Shown piece after piece: positions 8,230-18,323 of a stretch of 64,000 nucleotides of DNA. Numbering within the stretch: the stretch's first letter is position 1; the number at the start of each line of letters is the position of its first letter. Location of the stretch: IMG/VR virus record IMGVR_UViG_3300042483_000604; one strand, written 5' to 3'. Below the pieces are notes generated by a model that searched no databases, had not been told where the DNA came from, and saw only the letters and a program-made list of their open reading frames with translations. The translations under genes were made by a program, and so were the position numbers. Origin of the DNA: a virus. Taxonomy: Duplodnaviria; Heunggongvirae; Uroviricota; Caudoviricetes.

Positions 8230-8640
8230 CTATTTTTTAACTTCTTTTAAGCTAGTTATTACATTCCAAACCTGCTCAGGTGTTTCAAAGTCAACTGTAA
8301 TCATTTTCTTTCCGTCTGAGAGATCTATCTTTCCATCCCAATTGTCTATGGTAGGTACTTGATATAAATAATACTGTATTAATGCAAATTGTTCTTTGCT
8401 GAAGTGTATCTTAAATAGATTTTCTATTATTTGTAGGAACTTCTCTTCGTAGATAGACATATCTACTCCGATCTCTTCTTCCATGAAGTCTCTCCTATCC
8501 TCTATCTCTCTTAAAAGGATAATGTTTTCTATGAAGAGTTTCTTTTCGATTACCTCTCTAGCCATATCCTTTTCCTTTATACTAATACTAGCCTTTAAGA
8601 AGCTGTTTAGTGTTTTCCTTAAGTCCTTCTTGTGTACCAT
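8230..8640 (-). CDS. hypothetical protein
   Basis: ORF track; promoter 8197-8229. Confidence 0.45.
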   Translation of the reverse strand: MVHKKDLRKTLNSFLKASISIKEKDMAREVIEKKLFIENIILLREIEDRRDFMEEEIGVDMSIYEEKFLQIIENLFKIHFSKEQFALIQYYLYQVPTIDNWDGKIDLSDGKKMITVDFETPEQVWNVITSLKEVKK

Positions 8641-8800
8641 ACGTGTAGTTCTTTACTTCAAAAATTGTTAGAAAATCGTTAACTGGTAACTGTTTTGATA
8701 ATGAGAAGAATTTTACTGCTTCTTCTCTACTTGCTGCATGCAATACTCCTATTGGTTCTTGTGAAGGATTATTTTTTGAATAAAAACAAAACTGTGGCAT
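8588..8800 (-). CDS. hypothetical protein
   Basis: ORF track; small overlap with downstream gene. Confidence 0.35.
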   Translation of the reverse strand: MPQFCFYSKNNPSQEPIGVLHAASREEAVKFFSLSKQLPVNDFLTIFEVKNYTYGTQEGLKENTKQLLKG

Positions 8801-8811
8801 AATTAATTTAT

Positions 8812-9162
8812 TTAGTCGTTACTTGATTGTGCTGCTTGATTTAAAGCATTGATAATAATCTTATCTAGATATTCGATATAGATAAAGAAACCTATAATCG
8901 TCTTATCCTTTAGTTCTCTGTCTCTCTCAACTGCTAAGCCTAGTTGTGATAGTCCTTGATTCAGTTTAGCTCCTAACTCCATAGCGATGTCGTCTTGTTG
9001 TTGCTTAGACATCCCTGCAAAGGTAGTTGGAAGGAATTGTACTTTGATTCCTTTCTTATTTGGATCTTCGTTTACATCTATCTTAAGTACAAATTTATTT
9101 CCTTTGAAATTTACTTTTGTTACTTCAGATAACATCTCTTTTATTTCGTTGATTAAGCTCAT
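8812..9162 (-). CDS. hypothetical protein
   Basis: ORF track. Confidence 0.45.
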   Translation of the reverse strand: MSLINEIKEMLSEVTKVNFKGNKFVLKIDVNEDPNKKGIKVQFLPTTFAGMSKQQQDDIAMELGAKLNQGLSQLGLAVERDRELKDKTIIGFFIYIEYLDKIIINALNQAAQSSND

Positions 9163-9187
9163 ATGTTTTTATTATAAATAGTTATTA

Positions 9188-10495
9188 CTATGCAAATATA
9201 AACTTCTGTGAAGCTATTAGTGCATCTGTGGTTAACTGTTTTTTATATGTCTGCATTATATTCTCTTTCTTCTTTATATCAAATGTAAAAGGTCCGTAAC
9301 TAAAAACACCTTCTTCGTTTTGATCTACAACAGTATGTATATTTTCTATTAAATTCCTTAACTCTGCATTAAAACTCTCTTTTAGTTCTGAATACTTAAA
9401 AGAAATTACAATATCTTCTTCTATTTCTGAGTCTATATCTGTAGTTACTATCCTTGTGTTAAAGTCTGTAGGATTAAAAAACTCCTTTACAGATTCCCAA
9501 TACTCTTTAGTATACTTCCATCGAAGATTACTGTAGTAGTGTGCTTCAAACTCTATCCTATTTTTAAGTTCCTCTGCAACTTGACTATCTGTTAGGTACA
9601 TTTTCTTACAATAAGGCTCTAACCATTGAAGTAATTCAAAATTAACCATTCTATCTATCTCTACCTTAAATGCTATATTATAGACAGGTTGTGGATGATG
9701 TCCAAAGAATCCCCACTTACGGATAAATCTCTTTAACTCTTGCATGTCTGCTTGCTGCTGTAATTCATTCTTATACGCTGCATCTGCATTAGTTTTATAC
9801 CAATCTGTACCTCTACTTGATACGCAAGTAAAATGGTATACACAAGCATTCCAAGTCTGTACCATTTCTAAATCACAAAGCTCCATTCTAATAATAGTAT
9901 CAGAGTCTTCTCTAGAGCATCTGAATTGTGTGTCAAAGCCTCCTAGTATATCAAACCATGTCTTTTTATATACAGCAAATGGAGCAAAGTGTCCAACCAT
10001 GGTAGGTCTATTCTCTTTTTGTAACTCATCTACAAATAAATTAAAAGCTTCATAGTCAAATTCTTCAGGAGTAATTCCAAAGTCTTTTACAATCTTTTCT
10101 GGAGAGCCTGGATGAAGTGGAGGTTCTATTCTAGCCATCGACAATACTCTCTTCTCCGATGTTAGATTTTCTAATATATGTTTATCAAAGTCCTTACCTA
10201 CTACCATGTCTGATTGTAAGTAACATACTAGATCATTCTTAGCTGCATCAAACATTACTGATATGTTCCTTTGCCCCCCTACAGGGTAGGGGTTAGGATT
10301 TTTACATATACGTAAGTTACTTATAGAGCTTTTGTACTCATTAAGTGCTTCGTATGTATTTTGATTGTCTGAATCTATAAAGATTAATACTTCATGTTTG
10401 TCTATAGTAGTATGATCTATTAAAGAATTCAGTAATAGTTTTGTATACTCTCTTTCGTTGTTAGCTGAAGCTATGCAAAACGTAATTGATTTCAT
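9188..10495 (-). CDS. family-2 glycosyltransferase (GT-A) with C-terminal extension
   Basis: N-terminal ITFCI..NNE..L pattern and DxD-type GT2 architecture. Confidence 0.6.
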   Translation of the reverse strand: MKSITFCIASANNEREYTKLLLNSLIDHTTIDKHEVLIFIDSDNQNTYEALNEYKSSISNLRICKNPNPYPVGGQRNISVMFDAAKNDLVCYLQSDMVVGKDFDKHILENLTSEKRVLSMARIEPPLHPGSPEKIVKDFGITPEEFDYEAFNLFVDELQKENRPTMVGHFAPFAVYKKTWFDILGGFDTQFRCSREDSDTIIRMELCDLEMVQTWNACVYHFTCVSSRGTDWYKTNADAAYKNELQQQADMQELKRFIRKWGFFGHHPQPVYNIAFKVEIDRMVNFELLQWLEPYCKKMYLTDSQVAEELKNRIEFEAHYYSNLRWKYTKEYWESVKEFFNPTDFNTRIVTTDIDSEIEEDIVISFKYSELKESFNAELRNLIENIHTVVDQNEEGVFSYGPFTFDIKKKENIMQTYKKQLTTDALIASQKFIFA

Positions 10496-10496
10496 A

Positions 10497-11255
10497 TTAC
10501 TTTTTTCTTAAAACCGCTAAGTAATTTATTTGTGAAGGATCTAATACTATCTCTACTAATTCAAAGTTATCTTGAATATCTTTGTTCTGTTGGTCATTTA
10601 AGAAGCTTGAGTATAATTCTCCTGTAGATAAAGTCTGTAGAAATTCTTCTGCGATTAATGCATTATCGTATTTAAACCATCCTCTTGACTTAAGTGGATT
10701 TTGTATATCTTCCATAAAGTAGTACCCTCCTGATTTTAACACTCCTATAGCTTTCCAAAGACTCACCATCATATGATTAGGCCAGTGGCTTCCGTCTTCA
10801 ACTACAAAATCAAATCTATTAGGAAATAATTCATTTAACTCATTCCAATCATCAAAGCTTCCTTGATCAGCATAAATAAAATTAACACCTTCACTGTTTA
10901 GTTTAGTAATATCCTCTAACTTATCTCCTATTTTATGCCCCCAGAAGTTATCTACAGCATATAGATCTAAGTCTTTAAAATAACTTTTCCACATCTTAAT
11001 AGATGCATAAGGAAATCTCTTATCACAAACACCTATTTCAAGCATACTGATAGAATCGTTTTTACTACTGTTCATATATTTTTCATAAGTAGTTGAATAA
11101 TGCCAACTTCTATGTGTGGCGTATTCTGTTCCCCATGATAAATTTACTGAATCGGATGTTCCTTTATCTGTTTCAAATTGATTTGCTAATTCTGATAAAG
11201 ATTTCTCCGGGCTGTGGTAAGGGTTATTGCTGTTTGTTTTTAAAAATAATTCCAT
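10497..11255 (-). CDS. class I SAM-dependent methyltransferase (TylF/MycF-like, sugar O-methyltransferase type)
   Basis: FETDKGT...H.Y..Y and MLEIGV Rossmann motif, VVEDGSH block. Confidence 0.55.
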   Translation of the reverse strand: MELFLKTNSNNPYHSPEKSLSELANQFETDKGTSDSVNLSWGTEYATHRSWHYSTTYEKYMNSSKNDSISMLEIGVCDKRFPYASIKMWKSYFKDLDLYAVDNFWGHKIGDKLEDITKLNSEGVNFIYADQGSFDDWNELNELFPNRFDFVVEDGSHWPNHMMVSLWKAIGVLKSGGYYFMEDIQNPLKSRGWFKYDNALIAEEFLQTLSTGELYSSFLNDQQNKDIQDNFELVEIVLDPSQINYLAVLRKK

Positions 11256-12024
11256 TTTTTTCTAATTGTATATAAGTGTTAATAATTCCTTGTTTTAATC
11301 CTACGAAAGCTATTGGAAGCTCGTTATAAATTCCTATGTAATTCTGTCCTGGTAAAGGATCTTGTATATTGATTGGTACTTTATTTATTGATAAGTTATT
11401 TATTTGCTGAGCTATATTACTTAACGAGACAGTATCATCATATATACAATCTACTTCTTTCAGAAGATCTTTTCCTACGATATAATACTCAATTATAGAG
11501 ATTAGATCAGGCATATAAATAAAGTCCATTAACTTATCTTGATGTATAACTATTGGATCATTATTTAGATAGCGTTGTATGTTAGATTTAATAAAGCGTG
11601 TATCTTTTTCTTTTTCATCAAACACAGCATATATTCTTAAGTTGTAAAAACTATCATACTTGTGTATAAGCTTATTTATTATCTTCTTACTAAAGCCATA
11701 TGGAGTATATTCTGTTCTATATTCAGCTCCTGAACCAAATGATATTAATTTGTTAAACTGTTCTTTTTTTCTGATTAAATTATAGAACATAATCAAGTTA
11801 TAGAAGCTAACAGTCTCATCTTCTTCTTTCAATCTATTTCCTCCTAGTGTTGCAGTATGTATTACAACATCAAAATATTTTCCTTCAAAAAAAGTATCTA
11901 CAGATTTAGAATCAAATAAATCCAGTTCTTCTCTTCCAGGAGCTATTATATGATACTTCTCCCAAAGCCTATTAGCAATACTCTTTGCTATGTATCCGTT
12001 TCCTCCTGTGATTAATATTTTCAT
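11224..12024 (-). CDS. NAD(P)-dependent epimerase/reductase (SDR superfamily)
   Basis: N-terminal ILITGGNGYIA Rossmann motif. Confidence 0.55.
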   Translation of the reverse strand: MKILITGGNGYIAKSIANRLWEKYHIIAPGREELDLFDSKSVDTFFEGKYFDVVIHTATLGGNRLKEEDETVSFYNLIMFYNLIRKKEQFNKLISFGSGAEYRTEYTPYGFSKKIINKLIHKYDSFYNLRIYAVFDEKEKDTRFIKSNIQRYLNNDPIVIHQDKLMDFIYMPDLISIIEYYIVGKDLLKEVDCIYDDTVSLSNIAQQINNLSINKVPINIQDPLPGQNYIGIYNELPIAFVGLKQGIINTYIQLEKNGIIFKNKQQ

Positions 12025-13773
12025 CTATAAATTAAATACATCTGAGATATGCATGTCAGTTAATTCTCCTGGTATTATTCTACCTTCAGAGTCTATTCCT
12101 TTATGCACAACCTTTGGTTCGTGAATTTCATATGGATATGTAAATAGTTCGCATACAACTGGACCTTCTGTAGAGTAAACTTGTGGTATCTTACTATCAT
12201 ACTCGCTATTAGATCTTATACCTATGTAGGGTAGTCCGTAAGCTTTACATATCTTTTCTAAGTCTGGGAAGCTTATTCCACTCTCTTTACCTGATGCAAC
12301 TTGTGTACCGTTGAAGAAAGCTTGCTGAGTTATCTTAATAGATAGGTACCCATCGTTGTTTATTACAAATAACTTAACTGGCACTTTGTGATGCACTAAG
12401 GTCTGTAACTCTTGAATGTTCATCTGTAAGCTTCCATCTCCTTCTATGCATGTGATGTCTTGTCCAGGGCTTGCAAATGCTGCTCCTATTGCAGCAGGAA
12501 GCCCATACCCCATACTCGCACAGCCTACATTTGTAAATAACCTCTGACCTTGCTTTAGTTGGTAGGTCTGTAGTGTTACTACATGTGCAGATCCATTACT
12601 GGTTATAATTGGTGCTCCGTTATCAAACTCTTTTAACCTATCCGTAAAGTAATATGCACTGGCATAGTCCTTCATATTAATATGCTTATCATAGAAATAC
12701 TTCTGTGTAGATCTTGTACCCTTAATATAGTTTTGCCATACTGAGATATCTGGATTGGTAAGTACTTTTCCTTCTATTTGTTTTAAGAACGTATTAATGT
12801 CTCCTAGTATCTTTTGCTCTATATTAAAAGTATGCTTATTAGATTCATACTTATCAATATCAATAAAGATCTTTTTAGCATTTGGAGCAAATTGAGGTGT
12901 ATTATACCCTGTCATCTTTACACTCAACCTACTTCCTAGTACTATAATAAGGTCTGCTTGTTGTACAATCGTATTAGAAGTTATTTGTCCTAAGATTCCA
13001 ATACGTCCTGCATAGTATTCGTAAGTATTATCTATACAATCCACTCCTGAATGTACTCCGGAGATTACCGGTATGTTAGTTTCTTTTAATATCTTATCGA
13101 AGAGATCAAAACTATTTGAAAGTCTTATTCCATTTCCAACTAAGAATAATGGCTTTTTTGCTTGCTTAATATGCTCTAGGAATGTATTAATTTCTTCCTC
13201 CGGTATTAAACTCTCTGTCTGAGATGCTTCTGTAGGCTTTAAGTCTTCCTCTGCTACTTCAGCTCCTTGTATATCCAAAGGAATATCTATCCATACTGGA
13301 CCTGGCCTACCTCCTACTGCTATACTGTATGCTTTTTCTAATTCAAATAAGATATCTCTCTTATCTGTAATCATTGTAGCATACTTAGTCATAGGAGTAA
13401 CTGCTGATACTATATCAAATTCTTGATCTCCTATTTGTCTACAACCGCTCTTACCTACTGTCTGGGATAGAGATACTTGCCCTGATATGAATAGGGTAGG
13501 TATGCTATCTAACCAACATCCTAATACGCCTGTCAGTGTATTAGTTCCTCCTGGTCCTGTTGTAACAATACAAGCTCCTACATCTTGTTTCAACCTTGCA
13601 TAACCTTCAGCAGCCATTGCAGCAGATTGCTCATGATGAACACATACGTAGTCTAGATTTTCTGCCTTACCTAAAGAGTCTATTAGATGTATACAACCTC
13701 CTCCTGAAACTGTAAATACATGTTTGATCTTTTTAGATTCTAAAAATTGTATTACTATATCAGATACTTTCAT
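12025..13773 (-). CDS. thiamine-diphosphate-dependent enzyme, acetolactate-synthase/YerE-like
   Basis: three-domain ALS architecture, GDGSLQMN ThDP-binding motif, TGPGGTN block. Confidence 0.7.
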   Translation of the reverse strand: MKVSDIVIQFLESKKIKHVFTVSGGGCIHLIDSLGKAENLDYVCVHHEQSAAMAAEGYARLKQDVGACIVTTGPGGTNTLTGVLGCWLDSIPTLFISGQVSLSQTVGKSGCRQIGDQEFDIVSAVTPMTKYATMITDKRDILFELEKAYSIAVGGRPGPVWIDIPLDIQGAEVAEEDLKPTEASQTESLIPEEEINTFLEHIKQAKKPLFLVGNGIRLSNSFDLFDKILKETNIPVISGVHSGVDCIDNTYEYYAGRIGILGQITSNTIVQQADLIIVLGSRLSVKMTGYNTPQFAPNAKKIFIDIDKYESNKHTFNIEQKILGDINTFLKQIEGKVLTNPDISVWQNYIKGTRSTQKYFYDKHINMKDYASAYYFTDRLKEFDNGAPIITSNGSAHVVTLQTYQLKQGQRLFTNVGCASMGYGLPAAIGAAFASPGQDITCIEGDGSLQMNIQELQTLVHHKVPVKLFVINNDGYLSIKITQQAFFNGTQVASGKESGISFPDLEKICKAYGLPYIGIRSNSEYDSKIPQVYSTEGPVVCELFTYPYEIHEPKVVHKGIDSEGRIIPGELTDMHISDVFNL

Positions 13774-14155
13774 TTGCGAAAAGTGCTATATCTTTTAGGG
13801 ATTGTTCCCAATTTAAAAATCTAATTGCTTTATCATCTACATAGCAGATTGCTCTAGGCTTCTCTGCTGTAACCTCAGCAATATAACTATCCATATTATA
13901 CTTTGCAAGCCAAAGCCAAACTAATTCTATACCTGTCTTACCATTTATTAAAGGCCTATCTGCTTTTGCTTTAGCAGTATAGAGTACAATCTTATACTTG
14001 CTTGCTAGAGTTTTTAAAGCTTCTAAAGAACCTTCTATAGGAGTTCCGTAAATAGTTCCATCGTGAAATCCTAATTCATGGCTATGTATAACTCCGTCAA
14101 AATCTACTGCTACAGTATTTGACTCTTCTGATAAAACTTTATTACTGTAATTCAT
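13760..14155 (-). CDS. small HAD-superfamily phosphatase
   Basis: VDFDGVI motif I of HAD hydrolases. Confidence 0.5.
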   Translation of the reverse strand: MNYSNKVLSEESNTVAVDFDGVIHSHELGFHDGTIYGTPIEGSLEALKTLASKYKIVLYTAKAKADRPLINGKTGIELVWLWLAKYNMDSYIAEVTAEKPRAICYVDDKAIRFLNWEQSLKDIALFANESI

Positions 14156-14955
14156 TATTTAGAGGTTATAGATTGATTAATACGGTCTTGAATCATTTTG
14201 ATTCGTTTGATATCTTGATTTGCTAAAGCTGTATAGTATTCATGCTTACTTGTCATCCATTCATATTCAAACATCTGAGCTTTTGATAAAGCTCTTGATA
14301 AGTTCTTTAACGCTATTGAAGGATCAAAGATACAGTATCTAGTTTCAAATTTGTCTAGTAACCCTTCTGAGTGTAATTTTTTAAGGAAGTCTAATGACTC
14401 AATAGATACAGCTCCTCCTAAACAAGCTTTTAGTCCATTAGCTTTTGCTTTAGTAAATACTTGTTTTGCAAGTTTATAAACCTCTTCACTGTTTACATAA
14501 GACCTATCCTTACCCATTGACGATACTAAGTCAACTCTACCTACAGTTACTCCGTATAAGTCTTGAATCTCAGGAATAGATAATATCTTATCTGAATTAT
14601 TCATAGCAGTAATTGTCTCTAGGTTTACGTTTAATTGTAAGGTACTTAGAACATCTTCTGAGATATGAGCTTTGGTGGCTTGTAAGAACTTCACTAATCC
14701 AAATTCAGACTCAACCATAGGGGCTACAATTCCTTTTACTCCAATAACAGTAGAGTCTTTTAAATCTCTAATTGCTTCTGGACCTCCGATCTTTAATGTA
14801 ACTTTAGTATTAGCTTCATTACATACTTGCTTAAGCCTAACTGTTTCGTTAAAGGTAGCACCTTCATCTTCGAAACTAGTTTTAATACCTACTAACCCTT
14901 CGTTATCGATAAGGTCAGCTAGGATTTTTACGCATTTTGATTCTCTTGTGTTCAT
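14155..14955 (-). CDS. HpcH/HpaI-family aldolase / citrate-lyase-beta-like TIM barrel
   Basis: APMVES and GRVDL..MG blocks characteristic of HpcH/HpaI aldolases. Confidence 0.5.
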   Translation of the reverse strand: MNTRESKCVKILADLIDNEGLVGIKTSFEDEGATFNETVRLKQVCNEANTKVTLKIGGPEAIRDLKDSTVIGVKGIVAPMVESEFGLVKFLQATKAHISEDVLSTLQLNVNLETITAMNNSDKILSIPEIQDLYGVTVGRVDLVSSMGKDRSYVNSEEVYKLAKQVFTKAKANGLKACLGGAVSIESLDFLKKLHSEGLLDKFETRYCIFDPSIALKNLSRALSKAQMFEYEWMTSKHEYYTALANQDIKRIKMIQDRINQSITSK

Positions 14956-14957
14956 AT

Positions 14958-15911
14958 TTACCAGATAAATTTTTCTCTACTATTTTCTACAATATACTTT
15001 AATTCAGTATCAAAGTTAATTTGAGGCTTCCATCCTAATGCTCTTAGCTTATCATCATTCAAAGCATACCTAACATCCTGTCCTTGTCTATTACATGAGA
15101 AGTCTATAAAGTCTTCTAGTATGTAAACCTGATCCTTATTATACAATGTAAGAACTTTTTTGATAGTATCCAAATTACTTTGTTCAAATCCTCCACAAAT
15201 ATTAAAGATTTCATTCTGTACTCCTGATTCAATAATTGTTATAACTGCCTTGGCAGTATCCTGAGCATGAAGCCAAGTCCTTATTGGAGTACCTCCATTA
15301 TGTAGAGGAATCTTTTTTCCTAGTTTTAAGTACTTCAAAGCTTTAGGAATTAACTTCTCAACATATTGCCCTATTCCGTAATTGTTTGTTGGTCGAACTA
15401 TTACATATGGAAGATTATAAGTCCTACCCCATGCCGTTACTAACATATCTGCTGCTGCTTTAGTAGCTGAATATGGATTAGAAGGTTTAAGTAGATCTGT
15501 TTCGATATGCTCTCCCTCTTCAATATCTCCATATACTTCGTCTGTACTGAAGTGAAGGAGTATAGGTTTAGATACGTTCTCTCCTCTGTGGTTCTTAATT
15601 AACTCTAATAGGTTATGAACTCCGTTTATATTTGAAGATACAAAATCATCTGAATTAGCAATTGAATTACCTACATGAGTTTCAGCTGCTGTATTGATAA
15701 TATAATCGCAATCGTATAAGAACTTTAAATCATTTATATCACAATCTACAAAAGAAAAGTTACTGTACTCTTTGAAATCTTTTAGTAGAGTTTTATTAGC
15801 TGCATAGGTTCCTTTATCAACTCCCTTAACATACCATCCTTTATTAAGACATGCTCTTGTTATATAGGATCCTATAAACCCTAAGCACCCTGTTACATAA
15901 ACTACTTTCAT
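14958..15911 (-). CDS. NDP-sugar 4,6-dehydratase (extended SDR)
   Basis: VTGCLGFIGS Rossmann motif, ETHVGNSI resembles RmlB ESHVDRSI. Confidence 0.6.
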   Translation of the reverse strand: MKVVYVTGCLGFIGSYITRACLNKGWYVKGVDKGTYAANKTLLKDFKEYSNFSFVDCDINDLKFLYDCDYIINTAAETHVGNSIANSDDFVSSNINGVHNLLELIKNHRGENVSKPILLHFSTDEVYGDIEEGEHIETDLLKPSNPYSATKAAADMLVTAWGRTYNLPYVIVRPTNNYGIGQYVEKLIPKALKYLKLGKKIPLHNGGTPIRTWLHAQDTAKAVITIIESGVQNEIFNICGGFEQSNLDTIKKVLTLYNKDQVYILEDFIDFSCNRQGQDVRYALNDDKLRALGWKPQINFDTELKYIVENSREKFIW

Positions 15912-17270
15912 TTAATCAAAAAATTTATCTACAATTGTTCCAATGTATTCTATTTGCTCTAGTGTAATGATTGGAGAACATCCTAAGAAGAAAGTATCTG
16001 TTGTTACTTTTCTTGATACTGGATATTTTTCAATTACTTCTTTTGAATCAATCAAATGAGAGTATCCTGGTTGAAGCATTATGTTACCTGCAAAGTAAGG
16101 TCTTGTTTGAATCTTATGCTTCTCTAAGAATTGACAGAACTCTGATCTTGTAAACCCTACTCCGTCTCTTAATGTCAATGCAACTGCAAACCAATCTGGA
16201 TCTGATTTAGCTGTAGCTTTAGGAAGGATAAATTTATCTTCATACTTCTTAAAGATATCGACAATTGCTTTATGATTTCTTCTTCTTAGTACTCCAATCT
16301 CTTCTAACTTACCTAACTGAACATTACCCATTGCTGCTTGTAACTCAGTTGGTTTTAGATTGTACCCAATCTCTTCGTAAGTATATTTGTGATCAAATAT
16401 CTCATTAGGTAGACTTGGTAACCAATTGCTAAATCTAATACCGCATGAACCACATTCTAAAGCATTTGCTTTACCTTGACAGTAACATCCTCTACCCCAG
16501 TCTCTAAAACTTCTTAAGATCTTTTCTGTTTGAGCATCTTGACAAGCTACAAATCCTCCTTCACCCATTGTAATGTGATGTGCTGGGTAGAATGAACATG
16601 AAGCCATTTTACCAAATGATCCTAACATCTTACCGTCATAGGTTGTTCCTAAAGCATCACAGCAGTCTTCTAATAAGATCAAATTGTATTTATTTACAAT
16701 TTCCATTAATCGATCCATGTTAGGTGGATTACCTAATACGTGAGCAAATGTAATTACCTTTGCATCTGGATGATCAATACATGCTTGCTCTACTTGATCT
16801 AAATCTAGGTTAAGAGATTCTAATTCAATATCAACAAAGATTGGTGTAAAGCCTACCTGAATGGCAGGACTAAGTGTTGCAGGGAACCCTGCTATTGGAG
16901 TAATAACTTTAGTACCTTTTGGTAAGTTCATTCCTCTTTTTGATGTTAAAGCTAACATCATTAGTAGATTAGCACTTGAACCGCTATTAACAATAACTCC
17001 GGTCTTTTGTCCTAGCTTCTTAGGAAACTTTCTTTCGAACATTGCTCCTTCTTTTCCTAGAACCAGCCATCCTTCTAGCATAGTTCTAACAACTGCTTGT
17101 GCTTCTTGTCCATCAAAATAAGGTCCAGCATATTGGACTAAGTCCTCTCCTGCTACCCATTTCTTCTCGCTATCCTTTTTTGTAATGTACTCTTGTACTA
17201 AATTTAAAATACTATCCATAACTGGTTTATAAAGTGTTGTAATAATTATTCTGCCTTTCTTGTCTGTCAA
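15912..17270 (-). CDS. DegT/DnrJ/EryC1/StrS-family PLP/PMP enzyme, E1 (CDP-6-deoxy-4-hexulose-3-dehydrase)-like
   Basis: fold-type I sugar aminotransferase architecture plus Cys cluster CYCQG...C.SCG reminiscent of the E1 [2Fe-2S] site. Confidence 0.55.
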   Translation of the reverse strand: MTDKKGRIIITTLYKPVMDSILNLVQEYITKKDSEKKWVAGEDLVQYAGPYFDGQEAQAVVRTMLEGWLVLGKEGAMFERKFPKKLGQKTGVIVNSGSSANLLMMLALTSKRGMNLPKGTKVITPIAGFPATLSPAIQVGFTPIFVDIELESLNLDLDQVEQACIDHPDAKVITFAHVLGNPPNMDRLMEIVNKYNLILLEDCCDALGTTYDGKMLGSFGKMASCSFYPAHHITMGEGGFVACQDAQTEKILRSFRDWGRGCYCQGKANALECGSCGIRFSNWLPSLPNEIFDHKYTYEEIGYNLKPTELQAAMGNVQLGKLEEIGVLRRRNHKAIVDIFKKYEDKFILPKATAKSDPDWFAVALTLRDGVGFTRSEFCQFLEKHKIQTRPYFAGNIMLQPGYSHLIDSKEVIEKYPVSRKVTTDTFFLGCSPIITLEQIEYIGTIVDKFFD

Positions 17271-17847
17271 TTGTCTTTGGATGGTACAAAGCCCATTCCT
17301 CTTCTACTGGAAGCATACCATGTATTTTAAATCCTTCTAATACTTCGTGTACTTTATTTTTCCATCTAATGTGAGGAGCATTTTTATAGATTCTCATTTG
17401 CCAATCAGCCCAGTTCACCCATCCTTTTTCATTTACATGCCATCCCCATTTCTGAATATGCTCTTGAGTTAAACCCTCTACGGTATTTACTCTAGGAACT
17501 CTAACCATATCAACATCGTTAGTGCTCAACATTGTAGGAAGGTTTTGTATTAAATTGATATGAGGAATCTCATCAGCATCTATCTGAAAGATATAATCTC
17601 CTGAGCATACTTTAAAGAATTTATTCTTCCAATCGGCAAAGTGTCCTTCAAATTGACTTTCGATTAACTTAATCCAATTTGCAGAAGAAAATCTATATAA
17701 CTGATCTTGTAACTCTTGAGACATTTTAGGACTATCTGCTAGTACTACTATCTCGTCTTGTTCTCGTTTGTTTGAATGAAGGAAGTTGACTAGTCTTTTC
17801 ACTTCCTCCAATTCGTTACAAACTGTTATTGCATAACTTATTTTCAT
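17227..17847 (-). CDS. family-2 glycosyltransferase
   Basis: N-terminal SYAITVCNE GT2 signature; promoter 17849-17880. Confidence 0.55.
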   Translation of the reverse strand: MKISYAITVCNELEEVKRLVNFLHSNKREQDEIVVLADSPKMSQELQDQLYRFSSANWIKLIESQFEGHFADWKNKFFKVCSGDYIFQIDADEIPHINLIQNLPTMLSTNDVDMVRVPRVNTVEGLTQEHIQKWGWHVNEKGWVNWADWQMRIYKNAPHIRWKNKVHEVLEGFKIHGMLPVEEEWALYHPKTIDRQERQNNYYNTL

Positions 17848-17848
17848 A

Positions 17849-17880
17849 CTTAAATATATGAAATTTATTCTTTATCTGCA
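17849..17880 (-). promoter_or_regulatory. promoter motif (19-nt spacer)
   Basis: sequence. Confidence 0.4.
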
Positions 17881-18323
17881 ACTTCTACATCAAAGAAGTT
17901 GATAGCATCTAATGCTTCCATAAAGTCTTCTTTCTCAAAATGTTTGATATTTTTCATATCCATTTTAGTTGTTTGACCTTTTGGGAACTTAGCTTTTTCT
18001 TCTTCTAAGATCTCTATAGAGTTTACTGCAGCCCATCTCCAATTATCTTTTGAATTTCCATCTAGGAATACCATTCCTTTCTCAGGAAGAGTAACTGTGG
18101 AAGGGAACCATACTTTCTTATTCTCATCAACGAACATAAGGTCTTTATACAGTTCTGGTGATGCTTCTAAAGTCTTATTAACTAATTCTCCTCCTTCAAC
18201 CATTAGAGTCGAAGTTGAATATCCACAACCAAAGCAAAAGCTTGTTGTTACTTCTTCTGTTACTGCTTGTTCATAGCAAGCATTTCCTCCACAATGTGGA
18301 CAGATTGACATTTTTTCTTCCAT
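17865..18323 (-). CDS. zinc-ribbon hypothetical protein
   Basis: CPHCGG...CFGCG. Confidence 0.45.
   Translation of the reverse strand: MEEKMSICPHCGGNACYEQAVTEEVTTSFCFGCGYSTSTLMVEGGELVNKTLEASPELYKDLMFVDENKKVWFPSTVTLPEKGMVFLDGNSKDNWRWAAVNSIEILEEEKAKFPKGQTTKMDMKNIKHFEKEDFMEALDAINFFDVEVADKE

Noticed and set aside
12025-13773. Annotating the ThDP enzyme as a branched-chain amino-acid acetolactate synthase (ilvB)
   Set aside because: There is no ilvN/ilvC/ilvD context. Instead it is embedded among NDP-sugar-modifying enzymes and glycosyltransferases, so a sugar-pathway role (YerE-like or a related carboligase) is more parsimonious. This still needs HMM and phylogenetic confirmation.
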